NCBI GenBank assembly: GCA_038317095.1
Contig: JBBQBB010000009.1
Coordinates: forward strand, 4,956 to 68,955
Direction: 5' to 3'
From: Bacteroidia bacterium
Lineage (GTDB): Bacteria; Bacteroidota; Bacteroidia; NS11-12g; UBA955
DNA length: 64,000 bases
Of this stretch, positions 27,369-35,698 are shown piece by piece. A model generated the notes under the pieces. It saw nothing but the letters and a program-made list of their open reading frames with translations. It was not told where the DNA came from and did not search any database. The first letter of the stretch is position 1; each line of letters begins with the position of its first letter. The position numbers and the translations under genes were made by a program.

Positions 27369-28766
27369 TTATTGTATTTTATTTAAAAGGTTTTCTACCT
27401 GCATTTCATTTTTAATTTCTCCATACATAGCTTTTGCAAATTTCATTTGGCCGGCTGCAGATAAATGGCCATCTAAGTTTGCATAACCTCTTTTAACCCA
27501 TGCAAGAATACCGCCATCTTTTACCATCAACGCTTGCATGTCAAAAAAAGCACAACCTGTATTTTCTGCAGCTTTTCTCAATGCCTCAGCTAAAACGGTC
27601 ACACCAGGGTAACTAAACGCTTGATCATTGGAAACAAAGCCCATATCGCCAGGCGAGATTACCAAAAATGAGGCATTGGGTAAAAGTCTGCGGTAACGGC
27701 TGAACATGCTTTCAAACTCTTTACGGAAATACTCAATGTTTTGATTTGCTTTAATATAGGGAACCATATTGTTGCCAAAATGAAACACAACCAAGTGAGT
27801 GTTCAATTGCCTAGCTTGAGATTGAATAATATTGTCAGATATATACTGCAAGCCGTCGCCAGAATGGCCGCGAATGCCGCAATTGTCTACTTGAATTCCA
27901 CCATTGCCTTCAAGTAAATAGCCGTAATAATTGGTTGCTGAGGGAACCTGAATTTGTACAATGCCGTAGAGTGGTTTTGAAGACAAAAGTACTTTTTCGG
28001 CTGTATTTGTAGGTTGGATGGAGATTTTGCGCTGCTCAGAATCTTTTCCATTCAAACTTACTTTGCCGCCTTTACTATTACCATATAGCAACCACAACGA
28101 TTGATACTTTTGACTTGGAGAAATCCAAATGCCTGTGTTTGCTTTAAAATTGCTGTCGTTTACGTTTAGCTTAAAAACTTTGCCCGCAAATCCAAATCCT
28201 TTTGGTGTTTTATTTACAAAACAATTGAGTTTAAACCAAGAGTTTCCAGGTTTAAGCTCAATCGTACGATAGCTCGCAACATCACTGAATGGAACATAAC
28301 CGAGTCCACTTCCGCCAAAATCTGCTTGCATCAATGTTCTTAAATCTTGCGTAATTCTGTCACCTTCTATCTGCGAATCGCCGTAGTACCAAATATGCAC
28401 AGTAGAGTCTTGTCGATGATCTAATGCATGAAAAAAATTAGACAACGCGCTTTTGTGTGGCGTTACTAAAAAATTTTCTAAAAAATTAACTTTTGATTTT
28501 AGTGTATCGATGGCTAGTTTTTCTGCAACAGATAAGCTGTCATAATTGCGCTGTTTTTTAATTTGCAATTTGGGTCTAGCTGCCGATTTAATAGCTGTAC
28601 TGGGAAACCAAGTGTTTGTAATTTCTGATTGGGCTGGAAATTGCAAACCCATTTTTTTTAATTTAGCAGAAAGTGTTGGATTGGAAAATGCAAAAACAAC
28701 GGCACCCGTTAAGCCCACAGTAAGTAGAACTGTTAAAATAGGTTTGTTGTTTTTTATGTTTGGCAA
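27369..28766 (-). CDS. Membrane-anchored SGNH/GDSL-family protein
   Basis: N-terminal TM; YYGDSQIEGD, GIRG, FGNN, DGHL. Confidence 0.88.
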   Translation of the reverse strand: MPNIKNNKPILTVLLTVGLTGAVVFAFSNPTLSAKLKKMGLQFPAQSEITNTWFPSTAIKSAARPKLQIKKQRNYDSLSVAEKLAIDTLKSKVNFLENFLVTPHKSALSNFFHALDHRQDSTVHIWYYGDSQIEGDRITQDLRTLMQADFGGSGLGYVPFSDVASYRTIELKPGNSWFKLNCFVNKTPKGFGFAGKVFKLNVNDSNFKANTGIWISPSQKYQSLWLLYGNSKGGKVSLNGKDSEQRKISIQPTNTAEKVLLSSKPLYGIVQIQVPSATNYYGYLLEGNGGIQVDNCGIRGHSGDGLQYISDNIIQSQARQLNTHLVVFHFGNNMVPYIKANQNIEYFRKEFESMFSRYRRLLPNASFLVISPGDMGFVSNDQAFSYPGVTVLAEALRKAAENTGCAFFDMQALMVKDGGILAWVKRGYANLDGHLSAAGQMKFAKAMYGEIKNEMQVENLLNKIQ

Positions 28767-28767
28767 A

Positions 28768-29013
28768 TTAAGATTGGGTTTTTATTTGTATTAAATCTAC
28801 AAGGTCGCCAACATTTTTTAATGTAACCAATTCCTTTAACTTAAATTTGATTTGAAAAACGCTTTCAACCTCGGCAATCATGCTGAGGTGTGTAAGTGAA
28901 TCCCATTTTGGCACCATATCCGCATTGAGATCTCTGTGTATCAGAATTTCGGGTTGGTTGAATATTCTTGCAAATAGAATTTGCAAGTTTTTACTAATTT
29001 CTGGACTGTCCAT
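28768..29013 (-). CDS. Acyl/aminoacyl carrier protein
   Basis: 81 aa; WDSLTH phosphopantetheine site; VESVFQIKF..NVGDLVDLI. Confidence 0.92.
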   Translation of the reverse strand: MDSPEISKNLQILFARIFNQPEILIHRDLNADMVPKWDSLTHLSMIAEVESVFQIKFKLKELVTLKNVGDLVDLIQIKTQS

Positions 29014-29014
29014 A

Positions 29015-29665
29015 TTACATAATGCGTTTCAGCGCAATTCTTGTTTTGCTAGGAAGCAAAGTTAGAACAACATCGTCTGCGGCAGTATTTTTTGCGTCTT
29101 CTAAAAATCCACATTTTGTGTATGAGTGTAGCGCTTTTTCGTTGTTTTCCATTAAATGGATCTCTGCATAGGTGGATACAATGTCTTCTGATGGGTAATT
29201 CGCAACAACAAAATCTATCAGTTGGCCTATGATACCTTGACCTCTAAAGTCAGGCGCTGTATATATATTCTCCAATTGAAGTGCGCCATGGCTCCGAGGA
29301 ATTTGAACCATTGCCACGGATTCCAATTGGGATTTAGATTTCTGCCATTTATCGCCCAAAAAATATGACATAGCCTGCGCTTTTAAAATTCCTGAACCTA
29401 AGCCATTTAGTCCTTCAATCCATGCACTTAAACAGGCCGCCTGCTTATTTGCATACTCAGCTATATAAAAATGTGCCAAACACCATTCTTGGCCTTCCAA
29501 TTCTTCATCTAAAATGTTAGATATCAGTTGTTCCACTTCCAATTCAGTAATATTAAATATCCGACTATAGGATAGTACTTCGGTTCCAGATTTTTCAGCT
29601 TCAATAATAGCATTGATAATAAAAGGGATATCCTCCGTATTGGCTTTTCTAAAATGGATATTCAT
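29015..29665 (-). CDS. GNAT-family acetyltransferase
   Basis: FRKANTED, IYTAPDFRGQGI acetyl-CoA motif, NEKALHSYTKCGF. Confidence 0.88.
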   Translation of the reverse strand: MNIHFRKANTEDIPFIINAIIEAEKSGTEVLSYSRIFNITELEVEQLISNILDEELEGQEWCLAHFYIAEYANKQAACLSAWIEGLNGLGSGILKAQAMSYFLGDKWQKSKSQLESVAMVQIPRSHGALQLENIYTAPDFRGQGIIGQLIDFVVANYPSEDIVSTYAEIHLMENNEKALHSYTKCGFLEDAKNTAADDVVLTLLPSKTRIALKRIM

Positions 29666-31158
29666 AGTTTTGAAAAAGCATATTTACGCAATTCTTTTTT
29701 ATCCGTTTTTCCGTTGCTATTGAGAGGAAATTCGGCAATGGAAAGCACCAAATTTGGCGACATATAACCAGGCAGCCTAGAAGCAATTTCACCTTTTATG
29801 ATTTCTGGATCTGCTGTAAGATTTTGAATAAATAAAGCCAACATCCAATTTTCTGCAGCGTCCTGAAAACCAATTGCAATGCTGGTATGAGCAGGTAAAA
29901 TATGCGATGCCGCCAATTCGATTTCGGCCAATTCTATCCTAAATCCTTGAATTTTTACTTGGTCATCACTTCGGCCCACATAAAATATTTCCTGCAATTC
30001 ATTTTGCATCACCAAATCTCCAGTTCTATAATATCGCTTGTTTTCATGGATAAAAAAGCTTTTGGAATTTTGCAATTCGTTGTTCAAATAACCCGTTGTA
30101 ACTTGTTCTCCCGCTATGCAAAGCTCCGCTTCCAATCCAGCAGTTTCAATTTTTTGCTTCTCTTTAAACAATGCTACTTTTACTTCGTGCATGGGCTTGC
30201 CTATGCCCACAATTCCATTTAAGCTATTCAATTCAGGGTTTTTAGCATCAATGGTTTGGGTTGTGCAGTAAATGGTAGCTTCAGTTGGCCCATATACATT
30301 GTCTATGCGCGCATTGGGAATACATTTGCTCCATGCTGCAACCAAATTGAATTTTAGGGCTTCGCCACAAAACTGAGAGTACTTTAACGAGGGCAATTCG
30401 ATGTCATCAAAATAAGGCTTTAATAGGTTAATGGCACTCGGTACCATTAAGCAAAAGGTTATTTCATGGCTTTCTAGCGTATGGTATAAGCCCAAAGTTT
30501 TGATCATGCCACTAGGCAAAGTATAAAAAGAAGCTCCAAGTGTCAATGGGATTGCAAAGCACATTACAGAAAGATCGAAAGTAAGCTCGAACATTTGCAA
30601 AAAACGATCGGTAGAATCTAATTTGTACCCAATTTGGTTAAAACCGTTTATGAAACATTGAAGATTTGCAAAAGAAATAGGAACACCTTTGGGTTTTCCG
30701 GTAGTTCCTGAAGTAAACAAAATATAAGCATTTTTGTTTTCATCAGGGTAGGTGTTAAATGGCGCTGCAGGAGGAAGATCTGAACAATTTACCCAAGTTA
30801 TAGGTGTAAATTCGCTGCTTTTCGATTCCATTTCATTTGACCCTTCGGCACAAAATACATGCGTAATTTCCGACTCTTCAAAAATTGATTTTAACCTTTC
30901 TGAAGGGTAGGACGCGTCAATTGGCACATAGGCTTTTCCAGACAACCAAGTTGCAATTATTGCCGCGTAAGTGGAAATGTGGTTTTGGGTAACAATGCCA
31001 ATGGTTGTGCTGCCTGTTCTGAGTATTTTAGCTTGGATGCTTCCAACCAGTTTGCCAAAATCACGGTAATTTTTTTTAGATTCATTGATAATACAAGCAA
31101 TATTATCGCCTCCATGGATTAGGTTTTGAAGAATTAATTCTGGGAATTGAATGTTCAT
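29662..31158 (-). CDS. Stand-alone amino-acid adenylation enzyme (DltA-like)
   Basis: YILFTSGTTGKPKG, FDLSVM, FCGE, YGPTEAT, YRTGD, GRSDDQVKIQGFRIEL, PLNSNGKTDK. Confidence 0.92.
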   Translation of the reverse strand: MNIQFPELILQNLIHGGDNIACIINESKKNYRDFGKLVGSIQAKILRTGSTTIGIVTQNHISTYAAIIATWLSGKAYVPIDASYPSERLKSIFEESEITHVFCAEGSNEMESKSSEFTPITWVNCSDLPPAAPFNTYPDENKNAYILFTSGTTGKPKGVPISFANLQCFINGFNQIGYKLDSTDRFLQMFELTFDLSVMCFAIPLTLGASFYTLPSGMIKTLGLYHTLESHEITFCLMVPSAINLLKPYFDDIELPSLKYSQFCGEALKFNLVAAWSKCIPNARIDNVYGPTEATIYCTTQTIDAKNPELNSLNGIVGIGKPMHEVKVALFKEKQKIETAGLEAELCIAGEQVTTGYLNNELQNSKSFFIHENKRYYRTGDLVMQNELQEIFYVGRSDDQVKIQGFRIELAEIELAASHILPAHTSIAIGFQDAAENWMLALFIQNLTADPEIIKGEIASRLPGYMSPNLVLSIAEFPLNSNGKTDKKELRKYAFSKL

Positions 31159-32594
31159 GCACCCAGTTTTTTACGAATGATTTCATTCGTTTTTTTCGGA
31201 TCTGCTTTGCCTTTACTCGCTTTCATTACCTCGCCTACAAAGAGAGAAAGCAGGCCAACTTTGCCGTTCTTATATTCGTTTACCTTGTCGGCAAATTTCA
31301 CTAAAACTTCATCAACCAATGTATCAATAAAGGTACCATCTGCGTTTTGGCTTAGATTAAGTTCCTGCACAAGTTCAATGGCATTCTTAGTGGGGTTAGC
31401 CAGCAATGCAGGAAATAAGTTTTGAACAGCTGCACTATGGCTAAGCACTTGCTTATCTACCAATTCAATAATACCTGCCAATTGTTCGGGTTTAAGAATA
31501 AAATCTGCAATGCCCAAAGCATTTTCATTTAAATAACCTCGAACAGCCACTGACATCCAGTTAGAAGCAGCTTTGTAATTGGATGTTTTATTTACCAGTT
31601 CTTCAAAATACAAAGCCGTAGCTTTGTCATCCACCAAAACACCGGCGTCATATTCCGAAAGTCCGTACTTGGAAACAAAACGTTCGAAAAGCACTTCTGG
31701 TAGTTCTGGCATAAGGTGTTTAATCTCATGAATATATTTGTCGGTAAGGATTAAAGGCGGAAGATCTGGCTCTGGAAAATAACGGTAATCATTTACCAGT
31801 TCCTTTTTTCGCATGCTAAAAGTGGTGCCATTAGAACCGTTAAAACCGCGTGTTTCACCTTCAATTTTTATACCTTTTAGAGTCAATTCTGTTTGGCGTT
31901 TAATTTCAAAATCGATAGCACGTTTTACGTTACTTATCGAATTCATGTTTTTAACTTCAACCTTTGTTCCTAGTTCAATTTGACCCACAGGTCGTATACT
32001 TACGTTGGCATCGCACCGCAAACTACCTTCTTCCATATTGCCATCGCAAATGTCCAAATATCTGACCAAACGGCGCACTTCGGTTACAAAAGAATATGCT
32101 TCGTCACCGTTGGTAATGTCTGGATGCGATACAATTTCAATCAATGGAGTGCCTGCGCGGTTGAAATCAATCAGAGAATCGTATAAATCTTGGTCGTGCA
32201 TACTTTTACCAGTATCTTCTTCCATGTGTATGCGAATCAGTCTGATTCTTTTTTTGTCCCCGTTTTTTGGTTTTACGGTTACATATCCATCATTGCAAAG
32301 CGGCGTATCGAATTGGGTAATCTGGTAACCTTTAGGCAAATCTGCATAGAAATAATTTTTTCTAGAATAACTATTTTCTTTGCGAATGTCGCAATGAAGT
32401 GCCAATCCTATTTTAATGGCAGATTCGATCGCTTTTTTATTGTGTTTTGGCAAAGTACCAGGATGCGCCAAACTAATTACGCTAACTTGGGTGTTTGGCA
32501 AAGCACCATATTCCGCACTATCCGCACTAAAAGCTTTGCTCTTGGTGAGCAGTTGAACGTGAATTTCCAAACCTATTACTGCTTCAAATTCCAT
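31155..32594 (-). CDS. gatB: Asp/Glu-tRNA amidotransferase subunit B
   Basis: IGLEIHVQL, RKNYFYADLPKGYQI, GSLRCDAN, DYRYFPEPDL. Start set at MEFEAV because a TAATTTTG promoter sits at 32610-32617. Confidence 0.98.
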   Translation of the reverse strand: MEFEAVIGLEIHVQLLTKSKAFSADSAEYGALPNTQVSVISLAHPGTLPKHNKKAIESAIKIGLALHCDIRKENSYSRKNYFYADLPKGYQITQFDTPLCNDGYVTVKPKNGDKKRIRLIRIHMEEDTGKSMHDQDLYDSLIDFNRAGTPLIEIVSHPDITNGDEAYSFVTEVRRLVRYLDICDGNMEEGSLRCDANVSIRPVGQIELGTKVEVKNMNSISNVKRAIDFEIKRQTELTLKGIKIEGETRGFNGSNGTTFSMRKKELVNDYRYFPEPDLPPLILTDKYIHEIKHLMPELPEVLFERFVSKYGLSEYDAGVLVDDKATALYFEELVNKTSNYKAASNWMSVAVRGYLNENALGIADFILKPEQLAGIIELVDKQVLSHSAAVQNLFPALLANPTKNAIELVQELNLSQNADGTFIDTLVDEVLVKFADKVNEYKNGKVGLLSLFVGEVMKASKGKADPKKTNEIIRKKLGA

Positions 32595-32702
32595 AATACA
32601 ATAGAAAGGCAAAATTACGGCAAACGGCTTTAATAACGTGGGTATGAATGATGAAAATGCATTTTTATTTACCAGATTATTTAAAGTGCCTCATTACTTC
32701 GC

Positions 32703-32710
32703 TAACTTTG
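32703..32710 (+). promoter_or_regulatory. -7 promoter (TAACTTTG) of rnpB
   Basis: TAnnTTTG just upstream of the rnpB 5' end. Confidence 0.75.
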
Positions 32711-32715
32711 CAGTG

Positions 32716-33106
32716 CAGTTCTTCCTGTCGCCTAAACATTATTGTTTTGGAGGAAAGTCCGGGCAACACAGAGCACCGTGCTACCTAACGGGTAGGCTTT
32801 TGATTCGTAAGGGTCGAAAGACAGCCAGTGTCACAGAAACTAAACCGTCAAGGCAAGATTTGCTTCGCCTTGATAAGGGTGAAAAAGCGGGGTAAGAGCC
32901 CACTCGCCGGTTTGTAAAAATCGGTTGGGATAAACCTCACGGGTTGAAAAGCCAAATAAACCCGGTTATGAACTGCTCGTTTAGGTTCGTTGCAAAACGA
33001 ACAACCGGGAGGGTAGGCTGATTGATCCGATTCGCGAGAATCGGACCAGATAAATGACAGGATGTACATAGAAATATGTATAAACAGAACCCGGCTTACA
33101 GGACTG
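32716..33106 (+). ncRNA. rnpB: RNase P RNA (type A)
   Basis: GAGGAAAGTCCGGGC, AGTGTCACAGAAA, GGTAAGAGC, GATAAACC, AGATAAATGAC, ACAGAACCCGGCTTAC; 5' CAGTTC pairs with 3' GGACTG. Ends are approximate. Confidence 0.95.
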
Positions 33107-33185
33107 TTTTTTATTGTGTGAATAGAATGATACTTGAAGAATAAAAATACATAAATTTATTCTTGCCTTTAAGGAGCAGAAGTAT

Positions 33186-33193
33186 TAATTTTG
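33186..33193 (+). promoter_or_regulatory. -7 promoter (TAATTTTG) of tRNA-Gly
   Basis: TAnnTTTG about 35 nt before the tRNA. Confidence 0.7.
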
Positions 33194-33228
33194 CAGCACT
33201 GTAAAAAAGGATATTTATATCCTAACAA

Positions 33229-33304
33229 GCAGAAGTAGCTCAGTTGGTAGAGCATCACCTTGCCAAGGTGAGGGTCGCGAGTTCGAGTCTCGTCTTCTGC
33301 TCCA
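33229..33304 (+). tRNA. tRNA-Gly (GCC)
   Basis: GCAGAAGTAGCTCAGTTGGTAGAGC...TTGCCAA loop...GAGTTCGAGTCTC...TCTGCT-CCA. Confidence 0.97.
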
Positions 33305-33472
33305 AAAGCCCCGGAAACGGGGCTTTTCTTTTGATATGCATTGCGTTTATATATTGTATTCGCCGTTGAATAATAAATTTTATATTGGAGAAACCTCAAA
33401 TATTGAAGAACGGCTCAAGCAACACAATCGAGGCCTAAATCCAAGTACCGCACCATTTGCACCCTGGGAAAT
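33290..33472 (+). repeat. 183-bp direct repeat, copy 1 (tRNA 3' end + terminator + GIY-YIG 5' half)
   Basis: Matches 33756-33938 with 3 mismatches; period 466 bp. Confidence 0.95.
33305..33332 (+). terminator. Intrinsic terminator after tRNA-Gly (repeated at 33771-33798)
   Basis: AAAGCCCCG-gaaa-CGGGGCTTTTCTTTT. Confidence 0.85.
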
Positions 33473-33641
33473 AGCATTTAGTTGCGAAAAGCCCATTCTG
33501 CGAGAAGCATTGAAATTGGAAAAGAAGCTAAAAAACCTACACAGTCATGCCCGGATTATTGCCTTTACCTTGCATTCGCGGAGTCCACTGCGGGAGACTC
33601 CGCGAAATTGGGATGGTTTATGGAAATACCCCAAACTATAA
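33336..33641 (+). CDS. Small stand-alone GIY-YIG nuclease
   Basis: CVYILYS...KFYIGET...ERLKQHN...EALKLEKKLK contains the Tyr, Arg, His and Glu catalytic set. Confidence 0.9.
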   Translation: MHCVYILYSPLNNKFYIGETSNIEERLKQHNRGLNPSTAPFAPWEIAFSCEKPILREALKLEKKLKNLHSHARIIAFTLHSRSPLRETPRNWDGLWKYPKL

Positions 33642-33662
33642 AATAAAATGGGGGTTTGAGAC

Positions 33663-33755
33663 CTCCGACGATTCCATGTTTTGCCCTGAAGGCAAACATT
33701 GGAATGTCGTGAGCCCACGACCGCCTAGGACCCCAAAGTCCAAGGCGCGTCGGGG
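33663..33755 (+). repeat. REP-like GC-rich double-hairpin element fused to a tRNA-Gly 3' remnant
   Basis: Hairpin 1: CGAC-ATTCCA-TGTTT-GCC..GGC-AAACA-TGGAAT-GTCG. Hairpin 2: CACGAC-CGCCT-GGAC-CCCAAA-GTCC-AGGCG-CGTCGGG. Confidence 0.65.
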
Positions 33756-33938
33756 TCGTCTTCTGCTCCAAAAGCCCCGGAAACGGGGCTTTTCTTTTGA
33801 TATGCATTGCGTTTATATATTGTATTCGCCGTTGAATAATAAATTTTATATTGGAGAAACCTCAAATATTGAAGAACGGCTTAAGCAACACAATCGAGGG
33901 CTAAATCCAAGTACTGCACCATTTGCACCCTGGGAAAT
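33756..33938 (+). repeat. 183-bp direct repeat, copy 2
   Basis: See 33290-33472. Confidence 0.95.
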
Positions 33939-33981
33939 CCGAAAATTATTATCAATTATTGTTACCTCTGATGAAATTTAG
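33802..33981 (+). pseudogene. Truncated second GIY-YIG copy (59 aa)
   Basis: First 46 residues are identical to copy 1, then unrelated; lacks the EALKLE catalytic-Glu helix. Confidence 0.85.
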
Positions 33982-33987
33982 GGCAAA

Positions 33988-34015
33988 AAAAAAACCGACA
34001 CTAGGTCGGTTTTTT
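33988..34015. terminator. Bidirectional terminator
   Basis: AAAAAACCGAC-actag-GTCGGTTTTTT between convergent genes. Confidence 0.8.
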
Positions 34016-34032
34016 GATTTTTAAAATTTTAT

Positions 34033-35568
34033 TTACGGTGCTTTGCGGTTTCTTTTGGTTTTCTTATTGATACCACTAGAAGGCAAACCATTGTATTTTT
34101 TCTTACTATTACCTACTGGTGCACCAATGCGAATCATGGCACATCTGAAACCAAGGGTTGAAAGATCTTGTTTTTCATCAAGGAAACGACGTGTACCTGG
34201 AGAAGCCCAATAAACACGATCATTCCAACTTCCACCTTTAATCACACGAGCCTTATTGTTTATCAATGAAGTAACTCCGTATTCATAGGTCATTTCACCA
34301 TCATTGTAATTTTCTTCGTCTTTAAATCCTATGTTGTCAGCTTTCTTATAATTTCGTCGGTTGATGTTTTCAGCTTCAGTTACATCTCTGTAAATTAATC
34401 GACCCAAAGTATCTTTTTGCTCAATGGCTCCGTATTGATCCAATAAAATAGTTTTGTATACGTTACCGCGGAATGGCATAAACTGATCCATATCTTCCAT
34501 ACTTAATGGACGGTATACATCCAATGTCCATTCGGTAACGTTGCCAGACATATTGTATAATCCATAGCTATTAGGCCAGTAAGAGAAAACGGGTGTTGTG
34601 ATAAATCCAGCATCATTTAAGAATCCACCGGCCAAACCACCATTGTCACCTTTGGCACGCAAAACGTTTACACGAATTTTTCCACGGTCCTTTTCTTTGC
34701 CTTCTTTAATGCGAATGGTATAATCATCCCAAGCATATACTTTCTTTTGATCTACATTATCGAACTGTGTTTCGCCCACGTTTGCCTGCGCTGCATATTC
34801 CCATTCTGCTTCAGTTGGTAGTCTGTAATCTGGCAAAAGAATCCCATCTTCCATTTTGGCACGGTAGCGTTTTTGGTCCTTATTTTTAGCCTTAGAATAA
34901 TCTTTTAAAGGTTTTTTGCCCTTTTTAGAGAATTCAAATTGACCCGCAAGATAAGCGCGGGTATTAAAATTATTTTCGGCCACACGGTCTGCATTTACGT
35001 TGTATTTAACGATTCTCTTTTGATCTAGAATCATTTCGTTCACACGATCCGTGCGCCAAGTTGCAAAGTCATTGGCTTGATGCCAGTTAACACCTACTAC
35101 TGGGTAATCTTTGTAGGCAGGGTGGCGGTAATAGTACTCCACAAATGGCTCGTTATAGGCCAACTTACTCCTCCAGCACAAAGAATCTGGCAAAGCGTGC
35201 TGGTAAATGGTTATGTCATCCACAAAAGCTTTTTGTAGCCAATATTCATATTCTAGATATTGAATATTACTCACTTCGGTTTCATCCATATAAAAAGAGT
35301 TCACCGTTACACGACGTTCAACGTTGTCATTGTTATATGTTAAATCTTTTTCGGTTGACCCCATAGTGTAGGATCCACCTTCTACCAAAACCAAGCCAGG
35401 TCCAGTTTCCTGTCCTTTGTAACGTGGATTGGCAAATCCACCCCATTTGGGATCATTGTAGGATTGACCCGTGGTGTTGCTTGCCCTCTTTTTTCCACAT
35501 GAAGATACAGCCATGCTTGCTGCAATGACTGCTATTCCGGCGAATTTTACCAAATTATTGTTTGTCAT
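34033..35568 (-). CDS. gldJ: Gliding motility lipoprotein GldJ (FGE-sulfatase fold)
   Basis: Lipobox VSSC; GPGLVLVEGG, FYMDETEV, YPVVGVNW, YRLPTEAEWEYAA, GFRCAM; divergent from porU. Confidence 0.88.
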   Translation of the reverse strand: MTNNNLVKFAGIAVIAASMAVSSCGKKRASNTTGQSYNDPKWGGFANPRYKGQETGPGLVLVEGGSYTMGSTEKDLTYNNDNVERRVTVNSFYMDETEVSNIQYLEYEYWLQKAFVDDITIYQHALPDSLCWRSKLAYNEPFVEYYYRHPAYKDYPVVGVNWHQANDFATWRTDRVNEMILDQKRIVKYNVNADRVAENNFNTRAYLAGQFEFSKKGKKPLKDYSKAKNKDQKRYRAKMEDGILLPDYRLPTEAEWEYAAQANVGETQFDNVDQKKVYAWDDYTIRIKEGKEKDRGKIRVNVLRAKGDNGGLAGGFLNDAGFITTPVFSYWPNSYGLYNMSGNVTEWTLDVYRPLSMEDMDQFMPFRGNVYKTILLDQYGAIEQKDTLGRLIYRDVTEAENINRRNYKKADNIGFKDEENYNDGEMTYEYGVTSLINNKARVIKGGSWNDRVYWASPGTRRFLDEKQDLSTLGFRCAMIRIGAPVGNSKKKYNGLPSSGINKKTKRNRKAP

Positions 35569-35637
35569 TCGTTTTTTAATAACGTATGTAGTTTAAAAAT
35601 ATTGCGCAAACATAACGATTTTTTCTCCAATTGACTA

Positions 35638-35677
35638 AAAAAAGGTTTTGAATTTGCGTTCAAAACCTTTTCTTTTT
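35638..35677. terminator. Terminator hairpin after the PorP/SprF-family gene
   Basis: AAAAGGTTTTGAA-tttgcg-TTCAAAACCTTTT. Confidence 0.7.
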
Positions 35678-35698
35678 AAATTCTTTTAAAAGTAAATA

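Noticed and set aside
29662-31158. A domain + carrier as an NRPS secondary-metabolite cluster
   Set aside because: There is no condensation, KS or thioesterase domain, and the MBOAT/SGNH/LysM context points to envelope modification.
32638-33399. ORFs over rnpB and tRNA-Gly
   Set aside because: They are spurious frames across RNA genes.
33547-33801. N-terminal extension of the 144-aa ORF 33547..33981
   Set aside because: It reads through hairpins, the tRNA remnant and the terminator; homology with copy 1 places the start at 33802.
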